A DNA stretch of 64,000 nucleotides from Octopus sinensis (GCF_006345805.1 NC_043008.1:60574001-60638000), one strand, 5' to 3'. Positions 27,550-41,909 are shown, counted from the first letter of the stretch. Numbers and translations are program-made. Notes: generated from the sequence alone by a model not told the origin.

Positions 27550-27725
27550 ACGGCGTGTCTGTACTTGTCCTTCACCACCGCTTGACAAGCGGTGTTGTAT
27601 TTGCGTCCCTGTTACTTGCTTAACAACAAAAAAATCTTGGGGTCGATTCGTTTTGCTAAAAGGTCTTCAGGGCGGTGCCTCAGCATGGATGCAGTCTAAT
27701 TATTGAACCAAGTAAAAGATGGATG
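27070..27725 (+). mobile_element. SINE family C whose internal (TA)n hosts a palindromic insertion
   Basis: Head GCAGACGTAGCTG...CTTGGGAAAGTG...GGAAACTGAAAG; tail CGCTTGACAAGCGGTG...CAGCATGG..GCAGTC...AAGTAAAAGA. Confidence 0.75.
27275..27414. repeat. Perfect 65-bp inverted repeat with a 10-nt spacer; each arm has a hammerhead-like core
   Basis: 27275-27339 is the exact reverse complement of 27350-27414 (checked base by base). CTGAAGA T TTC-TCTT-GAA T GAAAC...GTC at 27353-27386. Confidence 0.92.
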
Positions 27726-27735
27726 ATAAAAAAAA

Positions 27736-27942
<207 letters not shown>

Positions 27943-28921
27943 ATATATATACTCTATATATATACATATATATAAAATACAGTGTACATTAAAACACATT
28001 AAGAGGCTTCTATCATAGGAATCCTTGACGCTAGAAAGAACAGTTAAAGTCCAAACCACTAATTAGGGATAAATTCTCGAAGGGAATGAAAAATAAAAAC
28101 ATTTACCATCTAATTCCTGGACCATGTTCTATTACCCTGATATTATAATTATATATATATATATATATATGTTGTGTGTAAATATATATGTATATATATA
28201 TATATAATATATATATATATATATGCATACATGTAATTTGCGATGAAATAAATACTGTGTAATTTCAGTAAGGAGGTACCACGTTGGACTTATCAGATGG
28301 TCACTGGTGTATGCTACAATTTCACGACATCATAATGTTGTCACAACGCCTAACCTGGACATAGTTCTATTGATGTACAAGACTTATTCGAATTTCTTTT
28401 ATAAATAGAGAGATATGGACATAATACTGACGAGTTATAATGCGATAAAATATAATATTTTTGTTAGAAAATATCACTTATTCATGCGTAGAACATTCTA
28501 GTAATCTCTTTTCTAATTCTATAGTGTTCCTATCACGATCGAGACGACAGACTTAAGTGGAATTATTATTAATATAGAGAAAAATAATATTGGAAGATAT
28601 TTCCATTTAAAAACGTGAAGATTCTCTGTATTTTATTATCTTTCTGTTGAGATGTATGGTCTATATTAATATAAGAGCAATAGAAATAGTAAATCTATTT
28701 ATTGTTGTTGGTTTTGTTAGTGGTGGTATTAGTGTTGTGCTGTGGTATTCGTTATTACCATTGTGTCGTTAGTGAGCGTTCAGTTCATTTTAAGTTCCTG
28801 CCAACTGAGAATAACTTCCTTGTAAGTTTCATGGTAGACAAAATACAATCGCAAATCTTTCATTACGAATTAATTTTCGAATCAATTTACTGACTGAGAT
28901 ATCATTATTAGCGAATATTAC

Positions 28922-29235
<314 letters not shown>

Positions 29236-29554
29236 GAAATCTTACATATATATACCCATGCATTTGGAAGTAACGCAAATTCATAGAAATATATGAGAAA
29301 TACAATGTTAGTCCTAAAATCTGGTGTGCTGGTGTCTCCTCCTCTCTCTCTCTGACTCCCTTTCTATCTATCTCTCTCTGTCTCCCTTTCTCTCTCTCTC
29401 TCTCTCTCACACACACGCACTTTCCCCTTCCATCTGTCACATCCTGTTTGTGTTGGGTTAAATTTGAAGAAGAGCAGAACGTACCAATGTCTACTTGCGA
29501 CTATATATGCTCCGAATAGATTTTAACGGAAACATGGTATATGCTGAAAAGCCA

Positions 29555-29790
29555 ATGTCAAACACATGTGATAGCTAACCGTATATTGTCAAGACCAAGG
29601 TTCTGTGTTTTATAATACCGGGCAGTTGGGAAGTTGCCATAAACATGATATATTACGACATTTTTAATAAAGAAATAGATATATTACGACACGCAGTCAA
29701 GCTCATTAACACTATATCATAATTACAGTGGCGACAAATGAAAATTGAAACCATGTGAGATAAAGTAATCAGTATTCGCTCCAATACGGC
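29555..29790 (+). repeat. Segment duplicated at 30987-31192
   Basis: Colinear high-identity match ATGTCAAAC.CATGTGATAGCTAACCG...CATGTGAGATAA. This copy has an extra 31 nt. Confidence 0.92.
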
Positions 29791-29829
29791 ATTTCTCAAG
29801 CCACGTGTACTTTTATTAGCATGCTATGT

Positions 29830-30230
29830 ATAATCCTCTCCACAATAGGCACATAGGCACAAAGCCTGAAATTTGAGCGGAGTGGGCTAGTCGATTGTAT
29901 CATCTCTAGCGCTAAGCTGGCACTTATTTCATTGAACCCTGAAAAGCAAAATCGACCCCAGCGGAATTTAAACTCAGAACATAAAACAGATGAAATGCTG
30001 CTAAGCATTTTACTCAGTGTATTAACGATTCTGTCTGCTCACTCCCTTATTACTTACAACAATAATCGATTACATCGACCTCAGGGCTTCGCTGCTACTT
30101 ATTTCATCGACCCCGAAAAGATAAAAGGCGAAGTCGATCTCAGCGGAATTTGAACTCAGAACCTAAAGACGGATAAGTTGCTGCTACACATTTTGCATGG
30201 CGTGCTAACGATTCTGCCAGCTCGGCGCCT
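29830..30230 (-). mobile_element. Two adjacent diverged SINE A copies
   Basis: CAGCGGAATTT(A/G)AACTCAGAAC occurs twice; CTGCCAGCTCGGCGCC end. Confidence 0.8.
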
Positions 30231-30697
30231 GATATTCCATGTATGATACAGTGTAGGTTTTACCTTAAAGGGCAACGTTCTACGTCAATCTTTGGAAAGA
30301 AAGGTTTATGTTGGCTGGTGGGAATTGGTTTGTCTGGAATCACAGATAATTGTACGCTCAGATGATGTTTTATTTATTTTAGAGTTTATAAACAGCAGGG
30401 AAGATGTTTAATTGATTTGTCTTCCCCTAAGAGAGATAATGACGGCATCGTTGGTTGTAGGAGGCAATAACGACGCTGATAGTAATGACAGCTGTGGTGA
30501 AGATTGGCGGACCGTGATGACGATGACGATGATGAAAATAACGGTGATGAAAGAAATGAAGATGGTGATCATGACGATGGTGATGATGGTGATCGATGCC
30601 TACCACTATGATAATGAATGTCATAATAAGGAAACTAAAGTGTATGATGTTTCTGTGTTGTCATGACGATATTGAAAACATCGCTGCTACTGCTGCT

Positions 30698-30888
30698 GTT
30701 GTTGTTGTTGGTAAGGGTGATTAGGTGATGTTCTATGGCTTAGGGGCGGGAGACCCCCAGACCTTGGAAAAAAAATCTTTGGTCGTCTTGTTGTAGTCGA
30801 GGGCTCTTCATTGACGCTCTACACCACTGGGAGGTGGCCCCCGTTGTCACTGGAAATGGAGATCTCCAGGTTTTAATTCTTGAACGGC
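30698..30888 (-). mobile_element. Non-LTR-type 3' end with (AAC)n tail
   Basis: Reverse complement matches 34314-34515. Confidence 0.7.
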
Positions 30889-31189
30889 TGCTGCTGCTGC
30901 TGATGATGTTGATGTTAAATTTGAGGTGTTGACGAGGACTAGCATGACAGTATAACTGTTATAGTCGACAGTAACATACCCTATACATGTCAAACGCATG
31001 TGATAGCTAACCGTATATTGTCAAGATCAAAGCTCTGTGTTTTATAATATCGGGCAGTTGGGAAGCTGCCATAAACATGATATATTACGACACGCAATCA
31101 AGCTCATTAACACTATATCATAATTACAGTGGCGGCAACTGAAAATTGGAATCATGTGAGATAATGTAAGCAGGAACTTCGCCGCATGC

Positions 31190-31604
31190 GGCGGCGAGCT
31201 GGCAGAACCGTTAGTACGCCGGGCGAAATGTGTAGCCGTATTTCGTCTGCCGTTATGTTCTGAGTTCAAATTCCGCCGAGGTCGACTTTGCCTTTCGTAC
31301 TTTCGGGGTCGATTAAATAAGTACCAGTTACGCACTGGTGTCGATCTAATCGACTTAATCCGTTTGTCTGTCCTTGTTTGTCCTCTCTGTGCTTAGCTCC
31401 TTGTGGGTAGTAAAGAAATAGGTATTTCGTCTGCCGTTACGTTCTGAGTTCAAATTCCGCTGAGTTCGACTTTGCCTTTCATCATTTCGGGGTCGATAAA
31501 TTAAGTATCAGTTACGCACTGGGGTCGATATAATCGACTTAATCCGTTTGTCTGTCCTTGTTTATCCCCTCTGTGTGTAGCCCCTTGTGGGCAGTAAACG
31601 AATA
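31190..31604 (+). mobile_element. SINE A dimer (head + 2 units)
   Basis: Junction AAAGAAATA|GGTATTTCGTC at 31420/31421. TSD at 30970-30988 / 31605-31623. Confidence 0.95.
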
Positions 31605-32285
31605 AGTAACATACCCTATACATTATGTCGAGCAATGGTAGTAGTAGCAGTAGTTATTGTCGGTTGTTGATGTTGTTGTTCCCACTGGTACACTGCCATT
31701 TTGAATAATGTAAACACATATTTTTAATCAAAGTTCAGCATTAAATTTTTTAAAAAAGTTAATAAAGATAATGGCGATTATAGAGCGAACTGTGTATTCA
31801 TAAAGGTAAAAGAACTGGTGCAGAAGATTACGGTATGAAAGCAGAAGCAGAACAAGAAAAATGGTGAAGAAAAAGAACCTCAAACGCCAAGAACAACAAG
31901 AAAATCAACAACAGTCGGAGTAATATCAATAAGAAGCTAAACAACAATAGTAAACATCGGCATTATATAACAATAAAATTGATAGGAAGAACCAGAATAC
32001 GAGAAAGATGACAACAAAGATGAGGTTGATAGGAGCGACAAAAGATTTGAAGAAAGAATATAAAATATTCTGTGAGCGAAAATGGAATTAAAGATTAAGA
32101 GATCAGCAAAACAAACACAAGAAAACAAACACGAACACACCCATACATATATAATGTATACATACACACACATATATAATACATACATACACACACACAC
32201 TTATGTATATATATATATATAAACATACATATATACACATATACATATATGTATACATATATGTGACCGGTGTGTGTGTATATAT

Positions 32286-32333
<48 letters not shown>

Positions 32334-32418
32334 CACATATATACACACACATATATACGCACATATATACACACACATATATATATACACATATATATAC
32401 ATATATATACATACATAC

Positions 32419-32459
<41 letters not shown>

Positions 32460-32482
32460 TATACATATATATACATACATAC

Positions 32483-32527
<45 letters not shown>

Positions 32528-32870
32528 TATAAAGATTAAGAAGATGCAGCCAAAGAAATATTGAATAAAAAAAAGGTAAATAAAAAAAAATATATTGAAC
32601 GAAAAGATGAATGAAACAAAACAAACATGAAAGAATTAGAGATAAACAAGCGAATATATGTTAAAATAAATACAAAGCTAAACTCTACAAAAGGGTAACA
32701 AACAAATGATTAACTATTATGGAGAATTTCGAGTCAAACAGACAAAGACGTTTATAATAATAGGAATAACAGCGACGACAAGAACGTTAACAATAACTAA
32801 ATACGAAATAGGAGTTAAATCCTCCTCTTCCCCCACTTCTTCCTCCTCCTTCTTCATCCTCTTCTTCTTA

Positions 32871-32902
<32 letters not shown>

Positions 32903-32991
32903 GCGAGGTCAATGAGAAAACGTCGTGTAGGCGTAGTGCAATTATTTTGACCTTCACAAATAAAGGAAGTTATAAAGTTGTCCTGTAGCAT

Positions 32992-33025
<34 letters not shown>

Positions 33026-33741
33026 TTATATATATATATTATATATATATATATTTATATACACATATATGTATGTATATGTATACATATGCTTATATAT
33101 ATATAAGCGTGGATACGTATAGATATTACAAGATTACAAGACCTTAAAAAAGTACGGAAATCTAGTATCGTAGTCAACAAAATGATTACAATAAAAGTAG
33201 AAGTGACTATGTATATATGATTGTATCGATGTACCTATGGTTGCGGTCCGCTTTCCATGGTAGCATTGGTTAGACGGCTTAACTGGAACTGGTAAGTCGA
33301 AGAGCGGCATCAAGTTCCAGTCTGAACTGGTATGGCTTTTACAGCTATATATATATATATATCCGGACAGCTAAATGATATAAAAAGGGTCAACAAAACA
33401 TCCAAATAGATGATACAAAAATCAAGAATCGGATCATCCACACAATTTCGGTTGATTAATCTTGAGATTGCTCCAATCAGGCCAGCCCCAATGAAAAACT
33501 AATCTGATATATATATATATATATATATTAATATATATATATATAAGGGTATATACATGTGTTTATAAATATATATATGCACATATGTATAGACAAATAA
33601 GTAAGCAGTTATACCTTTATATTTATATTGACATATCTATAGACGCACGCATTCACACACACGCATATATGATTAACATACGCAGGTGCGGTGTGCACAT
33701 ACTGCGTCTGTATGCACCTCCCCCCTCTCTCTCTCTCTCTT

Positions 33742-33797
<56 letters not shown>

Positions 33798-33864
33798 TGA
33801 TTGATTCTAGTTTCAGCTCACGACCTGTGGCCATGCTGGGGCACCGCCATTTTATATGTATATC

Positions 33865-33910
<46 letters not shown>

Positions 33911-34313
33911 CTCTCACTCACATGTACACCTCATGTACACCTTTACACTCTCAAATACAGAAAAAATTGATGAACATCGAAGAAAATAGAGAGCGACATA
34001 GAGAGAAAGAGAGAAAAAGCGAAGAGAAAAAAGAGGGGAAGAGGTGGAATGAGCGGAAAACAACAAATACCAAAAATCAATGAAATCGTAATACTGTACT
34101 AATACTTCATCTGTAAAAATTTATTTTGCGCGCTGTAGTTGTTAGGCTTCGTCTGGACATGAGCAAACTCATGAGTAAAATCTAACTTCTCTTTGTCATT
34201 TACTACTGTTAATGACAGATAGTGATGTAGAAATTCTTCTTATAGCAAAATACACGATTCCAGAAATAAATGCGTAGATCTGTTTTATACCCAAGATATA
34301 TAGACAACGGAAC

Positions 34314-34515
34314 GCCGTTCAAGACTTTGAACCTGGAGTTTTCCATTTCCAGCGACTTCGAGGGCCACCTCACAGTGGTGTTGGGCGTCAACGAAGAGCC
34401 CTCGACTACAACATGACGACCAAAGATTTTTTTTCCATGGTCTGGGGTCTCCCGCCCCTAAGCCCTAGACCACCACCTAATCATCCTTACCCGTCTTGTT
34501 GCTTAACAACAACAA
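34314..34515 (+). mobile_element. Non-LTR-type 3' end with (AAC)n tail
   Basis: Second copy of the 30698-30888 repeat, in opposite orientation. Confidence 0.7.
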
Positions 34516-34534
34516 GACAATGCATATATATACA

Positions 34535-34688
34535 CAAATTCCGCCGAGGTCGACTTTACCTTTCATCCTTTCGGGGTCGATTAAATAAGTACCAGTTACG
34601 CACTGGGGTCGATGTAATCGACTTAATACCTATGTCTGTCCTTGTTTGTCCCCTCTATGTTTAGCCCCTTGTGGGTAATAAAGAAATA
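34535..34688 (+). mobile_element. 5'-truncated SINE A
   Basis: CAAATTCCGCCGAGGTCGAC...GGGTAATAAAGAAATA, flanked by GCATATAT(A/G)TACACA. Confidence 0.9.
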
Positions 34689-36946
34689 GGCATATATGTA
34701 CACACACACACGCCCCCACACGTGCTTATTTTGAACGGTAAATCTCAAAGCAGGTATATCTTCTTTGGATAGACAAACAGGCTGGTTGTGTCGCCTGAAC
34801 CCATAATCTTTGTAAACATGAAAAGCTATATAGCATTCGACAAATTGAATTCAACAAATTGAATTGTCGAATTTATTTCTTATTCCACGCTCTCTCGAAG
34901 TTTCTAGATGCTTTTGGCAACACTCAATTTTGTACAACAAAATATTAAGTCATGATAACAGAAAAGTTTTGGGATTATCATCCGCTTGCGAAGGGTCCAT
35001 GTCAAAATATTTGAAAAGCATTAAGTCAACCCGTTCTATGATATTCTTAATTATCTTTTTAACATTCGGAATGTTTATGTATCAGTTAGTCCACTGTTTC
35101 TTTGTAGCTAATTAGAATCTATGCCAATCCACGTAACATGTTAATTCGCTCCATATACTATCTTGTTTAACCTCTTATCGGTTCCAATCATTGAACTATG
35201 AAGGATTAAGTGAAACAAATCTACCTCAGTAGTTATTCTATGTCTAGTATTTATTGTATGTATTTCTGTTACACAGCTGTTAGTTTACGAAGACAAACAA
35301 ACCAACAGTTGTTCCCATGTAGTGATGACACACATATGTGCGAACTCAAACAGATAGGCAGGCAGACAGACGCACACATCCACACACGTATATACACCTA
35401 CACACATGTCCATACAGTTTCTGCTTCGCAAATTCACTCACAAAGCATTGGTTGAATGAACTTGGGCTATAATAAAAACAGGTTACTCTGCTGCTGCGAC
35501 CTGGGACTGAACCCAAGTTTCTTAACTACACACCCATGCTTAAATAACCTTAACAAATCAAGAAAACAAATTGAGCATTAATAGAGTTGTCTCAAGTAGC
35601 GGAGGTCAGACTCGAAACCGTACCATAGTGTCACAATTCGTGGATGGATATTTATGAATAGATTTGTGAAGTGAAATAATTATTCATTCGTACTTTATCA
35701 CTTTGCTTGTTTCACACTAACAAACAGAGATATAAGTATACAATGTTGAACGTTTGTTAAAATGGCGGGTTAGCAGAGACATTACAGAGCCGGACAAAAT
35801 ATTCTGGATCCTCTACTCTGAGTTCGAGATCTCGGAATGTGTACATTGCTTTTCATCCTATCTGGAGCCGACAAAATTTGCATAAGGCAAGTACCTAGTA
35901 GCTTCGTTTCTTTCCTTCCTCTCTTCCGTTCACTCTCTAGAAATGGGCAAGAGGGCGATAAGCTCCGCATAGGTTTTATTTGCCTAAATAAATCAACGTA
36001 TTCCAACGTTGCGCCTCAGACTTCACCAGAACTCGAGGGTCAAGAGATTTTTACTCATTGTTATTCTTCGGTTCAGGTAAGCAGCCTCATCTCATTGTAC
36101 GTAATGCATCTAGAATTACATTATACAAATTGCATTTTTTTTCACTTTTTAAAAATTCGAGGGTTATTTAGCTACTATTTCTAGCGAGCTTGTCGTGGAT
36201 GTAGAGGATCCAATGTAGGCATTTCCCTACATGCAGTTTCCCTACTTCTATTTTCAAATATAGTACACCGACGTCTACATTAACCTATATTTCTTCCTTT
36301 TTCCTTAATACATAATACGCTATATCAGAACAATTTAGTCGCTATTTCTAGTGTAACAAAAGGACTATGATCTGATTCTTTTGTTCGTTCAAGATGTTTC
36401 CTTTATTCGAAATCCGGTCGTGTGTGTCATAGTCTGAAGTAAAAATTTAAATATTTATTAAGAGATTCATGAAACATGCACCGAATCCAGGGCAAAAGCT
36501 CATTTCAGATTTACATTCTTTCGAATATACAGTCTGAATGAATAATCTATTACTGCAGGCATAATGAAATATTGGCGTCTCATTGTACAGATTCTGTTGT
36601 TTTTTTTTATCTAATAAAGAAATCTACTAATACGTATATCTCTGTACATGCTCGCATGTGTGTATATGAATGCGTGTGCCTTTTTTTGACAGCCTATACA
36701 TGTATTTCTTAATATATTCTTTTATGAATAATAATTTATACATAAAAAATGTATGTTATTATATGTTTTACCGCATATGATGGCTATGCATACATTTACA
36801 CGTTTCCTTGTACAATTATATTTTATTGACATACACTCAAACACGACCACGACTTTATAAGTACATACACGCATATCGTATGTCATTATTTACATAAATA
36901 CCGCATATAACCACACACACGTGTGCAACCCTCCATATGATATAAA

Positions 36947-36989
<43 letters not shown>

Positions 36990-37927
36990 GCATACAAATC
37001 GACAGAAGCCAAATTTGCATATACTCTCGTAGCATATTTATTAGCACGTTCTCATGCATATACATATATAGTCATATGCAGACACATGTATTTTAAATTA
37101 TTTAATCAATTCCATATTTCAATGTTGTGTTAAAAACACATACACGTAAATAGATATCAATTTTATGTAGTATATAGAAAGATTTTATCAACAAATCTTG
37201 TAATTACAAATACATAAAGATGAACATCATGTACATATTAATGCATACACATACGCACACAGTTATAAACACACTCCTTAACACAATTCTAATATCCATT
37301 ATTCATACAATCACACACACTGACATACATATATATACATATATGCGTGTAAATGTGACTGTGCGTTTGTTTGCATGCCTGTATGTGAGTCCAGGAATGA
37401 TTTATACCAACGTCTGTTTCGATTTTGAGTGTTGGCACCCAATCGTTATAAATCACTTGGTGCTAATTCCTCCATGACTAGACTCTGGGTCTATAGAATT
37501 AAGAAGAACTACAGTATTATGTGAAGTTCCTCTAACTATCATTCACTTGGTATTATGATAGCTCGCGGCAAAGCAAATACGATTCTACATTTCCAAATTC
37601 GTAGACGTAAATATGGAATCAACGATCAATAAGGAATTATAACTCTGATGGAGTCATTCTGGTAACGCAATAAAAAAGATACAATAAAATATACTGCAAC
37701 ACTGATAATGTGCTAAAATATGGTTTACTGCATGGGGACGTGGCCATTCGCATTTGCACCATGTGGACTCGCATTTGTACTTATGGAATCGCATTACCAA
37801 TGTTAATATATTAATGTATTCATTTATTCATTGGGAGACATATGACAGCATATGTTTTATAGAATTCGATTTGATCCGGTTGGTGCCTGGAGATAGATGA
37901 TTCTTCTAAATATTCGTTAATTTTCTT

Positions 37928-38079
37928 TGGCTGTGTGGTAAGTTGCTTGCTTACGAAACACATGGTTCCGGGTTCGGTCCCACTGCTTGGCACCTTGGGC
38001 AAGTGCCTTCTACCATAGCCTCGGGTCGAGCAAAACCTTGTGAGTGGATTTGGTAGACGGAAACTGAAAGAAGCCCGTC

Positions 38080-38127
<48 letters not shown>

Positions 38128-38345
38128 GTGTTTGTGTGTATGTGTGTGTGTGTGTGTGTGTGTGTTTGTCCCTCCAACATCGCCTGACAACCGATGCTGG
38201 TGTGTTTACGTTCCCGTCACTTAGCGGTTCGGCAAGAAAGACCGATAGAATAAGTACTAGGCTTACAAATAATAAGTCCTGGGGTCGATTTGCTCGACGA
38301 AAAGCGGTGCTCCAGAATGGTCGCAGTCAAATGACTGAAACAAAC
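37928..38345 (+). mobile_element. SINE family C, near full length
   Basis: TGGCTGTGTGGTAAG A-box-like and GGTTCGGTCCC B-box-like motifs, ACCTTGGGCAAGTG CORE-like block, internal (TA)n(TG)n, tail AAATGACTGAAACAA. Confidence 0.92.
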
Positions 38346-38548
38346 ACACAAATACATTCAAAGAACCACGACGTTATTTCTCGTTGAACTAGAAACAGAA
38401 TCCCCAAATCCTCGAAATTAAGCCTTACGGTTTATATATATGTATATATCTATATATATATATTAATGCCAATAGGAAAAATAGAACTCAAAATATGAGT
38501 ATATGTATATCTTTATTAATATTTAGCAGACGAACTGCGCTTCGACCT

Positions 38549-38600
38549 GAGATTATTTTGATAAGTGCCAACGCACGAAACTCTCCAATCTCGAGTCTCT
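38549..38600 (+). ncRNA. Hammerhead-like motif with U3-A8 core variant
   Basis: [TTGATAA] GTGC-CAAC-GCAC [GAAA] CTC-TCCAATCTC-GAGTC. Stem I is unclear. The segment lies between TA tracts. Confidence 0.45.
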
Positions 38601-38641
38601 TTGTTACTTCTGACATATATATATATATATATATATATATC

Positions 38642-38808
38642 ACTAAATAGATAGTGGATAATTCACAATAAAACAAAAGACGAAAAGAGGTGGTGTAGAC
38701 AACAAAAAGGCGTATTAGTATAACGCTCGGGAGGTGAAAAAGTCTTTAACGTTTGGAGCCTACGCTCTTCCACAGAAAGGAACACAGAAAGAAACAAGGA
38801 GAGAAAAT
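38642..38808 (-). mobile_element. Short PLE-like terminal element with degenerate hammerhead
   Basis: Minus strand CTTT CTGTGGA A GAGC GTAG GCTC CAAACGTT AAAG (38744-38779). Homologue of 8978-9165. Confidence 0.6.
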
Positions 38809-38819
38809 TAGATAGATAA

Positions 38820-38912
<93 letters not shown>

Positions 38913-39592
38913 GAAGCCATTAAGACTCTGTATAGAGCAAGACACATTAGCAATACTAAACAAGCTGATAGCTTGTTGGACACTTCAACAAGAGCTGGAT
39001 GGTTTACATTTCATTTTGACAGGTACCACTATAACTTCCATGCAATAATAAGCTCTATTACGGGCACTGGAATGAGACACCAACAAATGTATGTCATTGC
39101 ATAGCAATAAAGTGGGTCTTGTATAGAAAGAATACAAGAGAGGAAATAAGAAAAACACTACACAACAGCTTAAATTGGTGCATCGGGGACTATGATAACA
39201 TCGCTTATGTTACTGTTCATATTGAAACTATATCTTCTTGTTTGTCGATCAACGTCGGAATCTTATTGAAAAATGAGAGCAATGATGTTTTATACTATTT
39301 TCTAAAGAAATGGGTCTATCCCCAATGGTTGACTCTAACTTGATCTTAACTAGAGATAACTGACTACTAATCCTGCGCTTTGAAGGAAATAGCTGTAACT
39401 GTCAATACGATAAGAAAGGTTGGGGAATAAAAACGATATTTGAGTAGGTTTTCTGAGAAAATAATTTATGAAAAACTAGAGCTGGTGGAGGAAAGAGGTG
39501 GCATCCATAACCCAATATTTTATCCTGATCTCCCTGAACTCTGATAAAGGTAGCCAAAATATCAGCAGATAGTGTTTAGCCAAGCGACAGAC

Positions 39593-39811
39593 TAACCCTT
39601 TAGCACTCAGATTAATCTGTCAAATGTAATGCTTATCAATTCACATAGGTGTGAAGTTAATATCGTTTTGTTTTGAAATTTTGATGTTGCGATTGTTTTT
39701 TTTTTTAGAACGATATCGTTTGGTAAGTGTCGGAGGGATAATCTATCTAGTTTGAACATACAAGTAGAAAACCTTAACCAGATGTATGCGTTTTAAATGA
39801 TAAAGGACTAA
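39593..39811. mobile_element. Degenerate piggyBac-like MITE
   Basis: Ends TAACCCTTTAGCAC...ATGATAAAGGACTAA resemble TTAA-CCCTTTAGCA...TGCTAAAGGG-TTAA. Confidence 0.45.
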
Positions 39812-39872
39812 ATAACTCTATCCTACCCTAAAGTCCAACACCTCAAAGCGGTAGGGTGGTGTAAACGGGCAG

Positions 39873-39926
39873 TGTCTGAGCTATGCCGTCGGGAACTTCG
39901 GTTCCTGATAGAGCCACCCAAGGCCA

Positions 39927-40003
<77 letters not shown>

Positions 40004-40296
40004 TACCGAGCGGTATTAGGGCCGCAGCCTGGCCAACGGGGCTCTGGTGATAATTCCAAGAGGCGTCTGATCGACAACCGGCGGCTTCGAGGTCGTTCTG
40101 TCCCTGGGTCTGTGGAGACTCCGCGGCAAACAGGCCGTCCCGTCACTCGGGATATGCATGCGGGATGTCCGGGACCGCTTGTGAATTCAATATTACCACG
40201 AAACTTCTTCTATGGTTCGTGATGCTATCAGGACCAGAGAAGAAGCCGGCTCGACCCGCCCTGGGTGAACGCCATCGCAAGTACAAGTAAGTAAAT
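39873..40296 (+). mobile_element. Probable RTE-type LINE 3' fragment split by (TATC)n
   Basis: GC-rich island with RRELRFL and RQTGRPVTR peptides, like RTE C-termini; tail CAAGTACAAGTAAGTAA. Confidence 0.45.
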
Positions 40297-40699
40297 AACT
40301 CTATCGGGTCTTTTCTTTTCAGTAAAACGTGGAAAACACGATTTAATGGTATTTAACGTGGCTATTCGAAACAGGTTGAGCAACTGTTAGAAAGTCTTTC
40401 CGTGGATACGATATAGACGAGGCTTTCATTCAGAGACAGATTTTCCTCTTAGGTATCTAGTATTTCAATAAATGCCATAGTTGGTCCCCGCGCCCTCTCC
40501 GATTTAGCCAGCGATAAACTCTGTCTGCTGTCCCAGTCGTCTCCATCGTTCTGTACAGTGAATAACAACAATAACAACTGCAACCAGAACAACAAGATTA
40601 TTGATAATTCAATCTGAATGCGGTCGATAAGGTCAAAATAGATGATATATCACTGCCATTTAGCTATTTTGCTAGATCTATACAGTTTGTGTGCGTGTG

Positions 40700-40745
<46 letters not shown>

Positions 40746-40797
40746 TGTGTGTGTGAATATATACACTTACATTTCACCTCACTCTAGTTCTCAATAT

Positions 40798-40872
<75 letters not shown>

Positions 40873-41429
40873 CAGATAGATGGATAGATATATAGATGAA
40901 TAGATAAATAGATAGATAGAGAGAGAAAGGCAGAGAAAGAAAGAGAGAGAGAAAATAGAGAGAGAAAGAAAGAGAGAGAAACGCACACAGATATATTCTT
41001 GGGATCATGTATCTAGATAGATACATACATACATGCAAACATACATTAATACAAACACATGCTAATTATGAAACACCTGTAGAACACATATTTGCGAGTA
41101 TACAGCCAGCCGCAAAACACATATACTTGTTCGTACAAATGCTCTCCCATAAATACTCACATAAATGCATGCACATACACAACCACGCAAACATATACGT
41201 GAAAGTCAGTAATATTTATACACCCAAACACATAACAACAGTTTGCATATCCACAGTTTGTATCCACATCGGGTACATGTTTATACTTCAAGTTGACATA
41301 CACGCGTATACCCATGCATACAAACAACCAGCATCCTCTCTAGTACACGCACACTCGTAGACGTAGCCCATCAACAACTACGGTCACTTTTTTGTTTCAT
41401 TATCTCGCTGTGCATTATAAAAACATGTT

Positions 41430-41777
41430 TCTCTAGAAAAACGACGACGCCGTGGTGATCTCATTCTTGCTCACAACATCATAAGCGGAAAGTGTAACCT
41501 CTCGAAAGAGCTGTTCTTCACTCCTGCTCCAGAGCGTCGGCTGCGCTCTATCTGCGACGATTTCATCTCAATCGAAGGAGAGGGGCTTTCTCCGTCCGGG
41601 TTGCGGATCCGTGGAATAAGCTGCCGGACGAGATATTGAAGATGCCGACGACCGCTCGGTTCAAAGTCTCTCTTGACCAGAAATGGCCTGAACACCCTCC
41701 CTGTACATAACTCCATGTCCCCCTACATGGCCATGCTTTTTACTTTTTGAGACAAAAAATTAACTTAACTTAACTAG
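41430..41777 (+). mobile_element. CR1-clade LINE 3' fragment (ORF2 C-terminus and tail)
   Basis: SLEKRRRRGDLILAHNIISG...FF, then after a frameshift RRGAFSVRVADPWNKLPDEILKMPTTARFKVSLDQKW; (AACTT)n tail. Confidence 0.88.
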
Positions 41778-41793
41778 CTCTCTCCAATTTCTA

Positions 41794-41864
<71 letters not shown>

Positions 41865-41909
41865 GCTACATACACGCACATATACGCATACTCACACGCA
41901 CACCTTCAC

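Noticed and set aside
36050-36082. Plus-strand TTCAG|GTAAGC recursive-like site
   Set aside because: It is on the opposite strand to the other candidates and has a weaker tract. It shows such motifs can arise by chance and tempers confidence in the others.
39170-39545. Mariner transposase remnant (YPDLP resembling YSPDL)
   Set aside because: The match is too short and no other DDD/E motif or TIR could be read.
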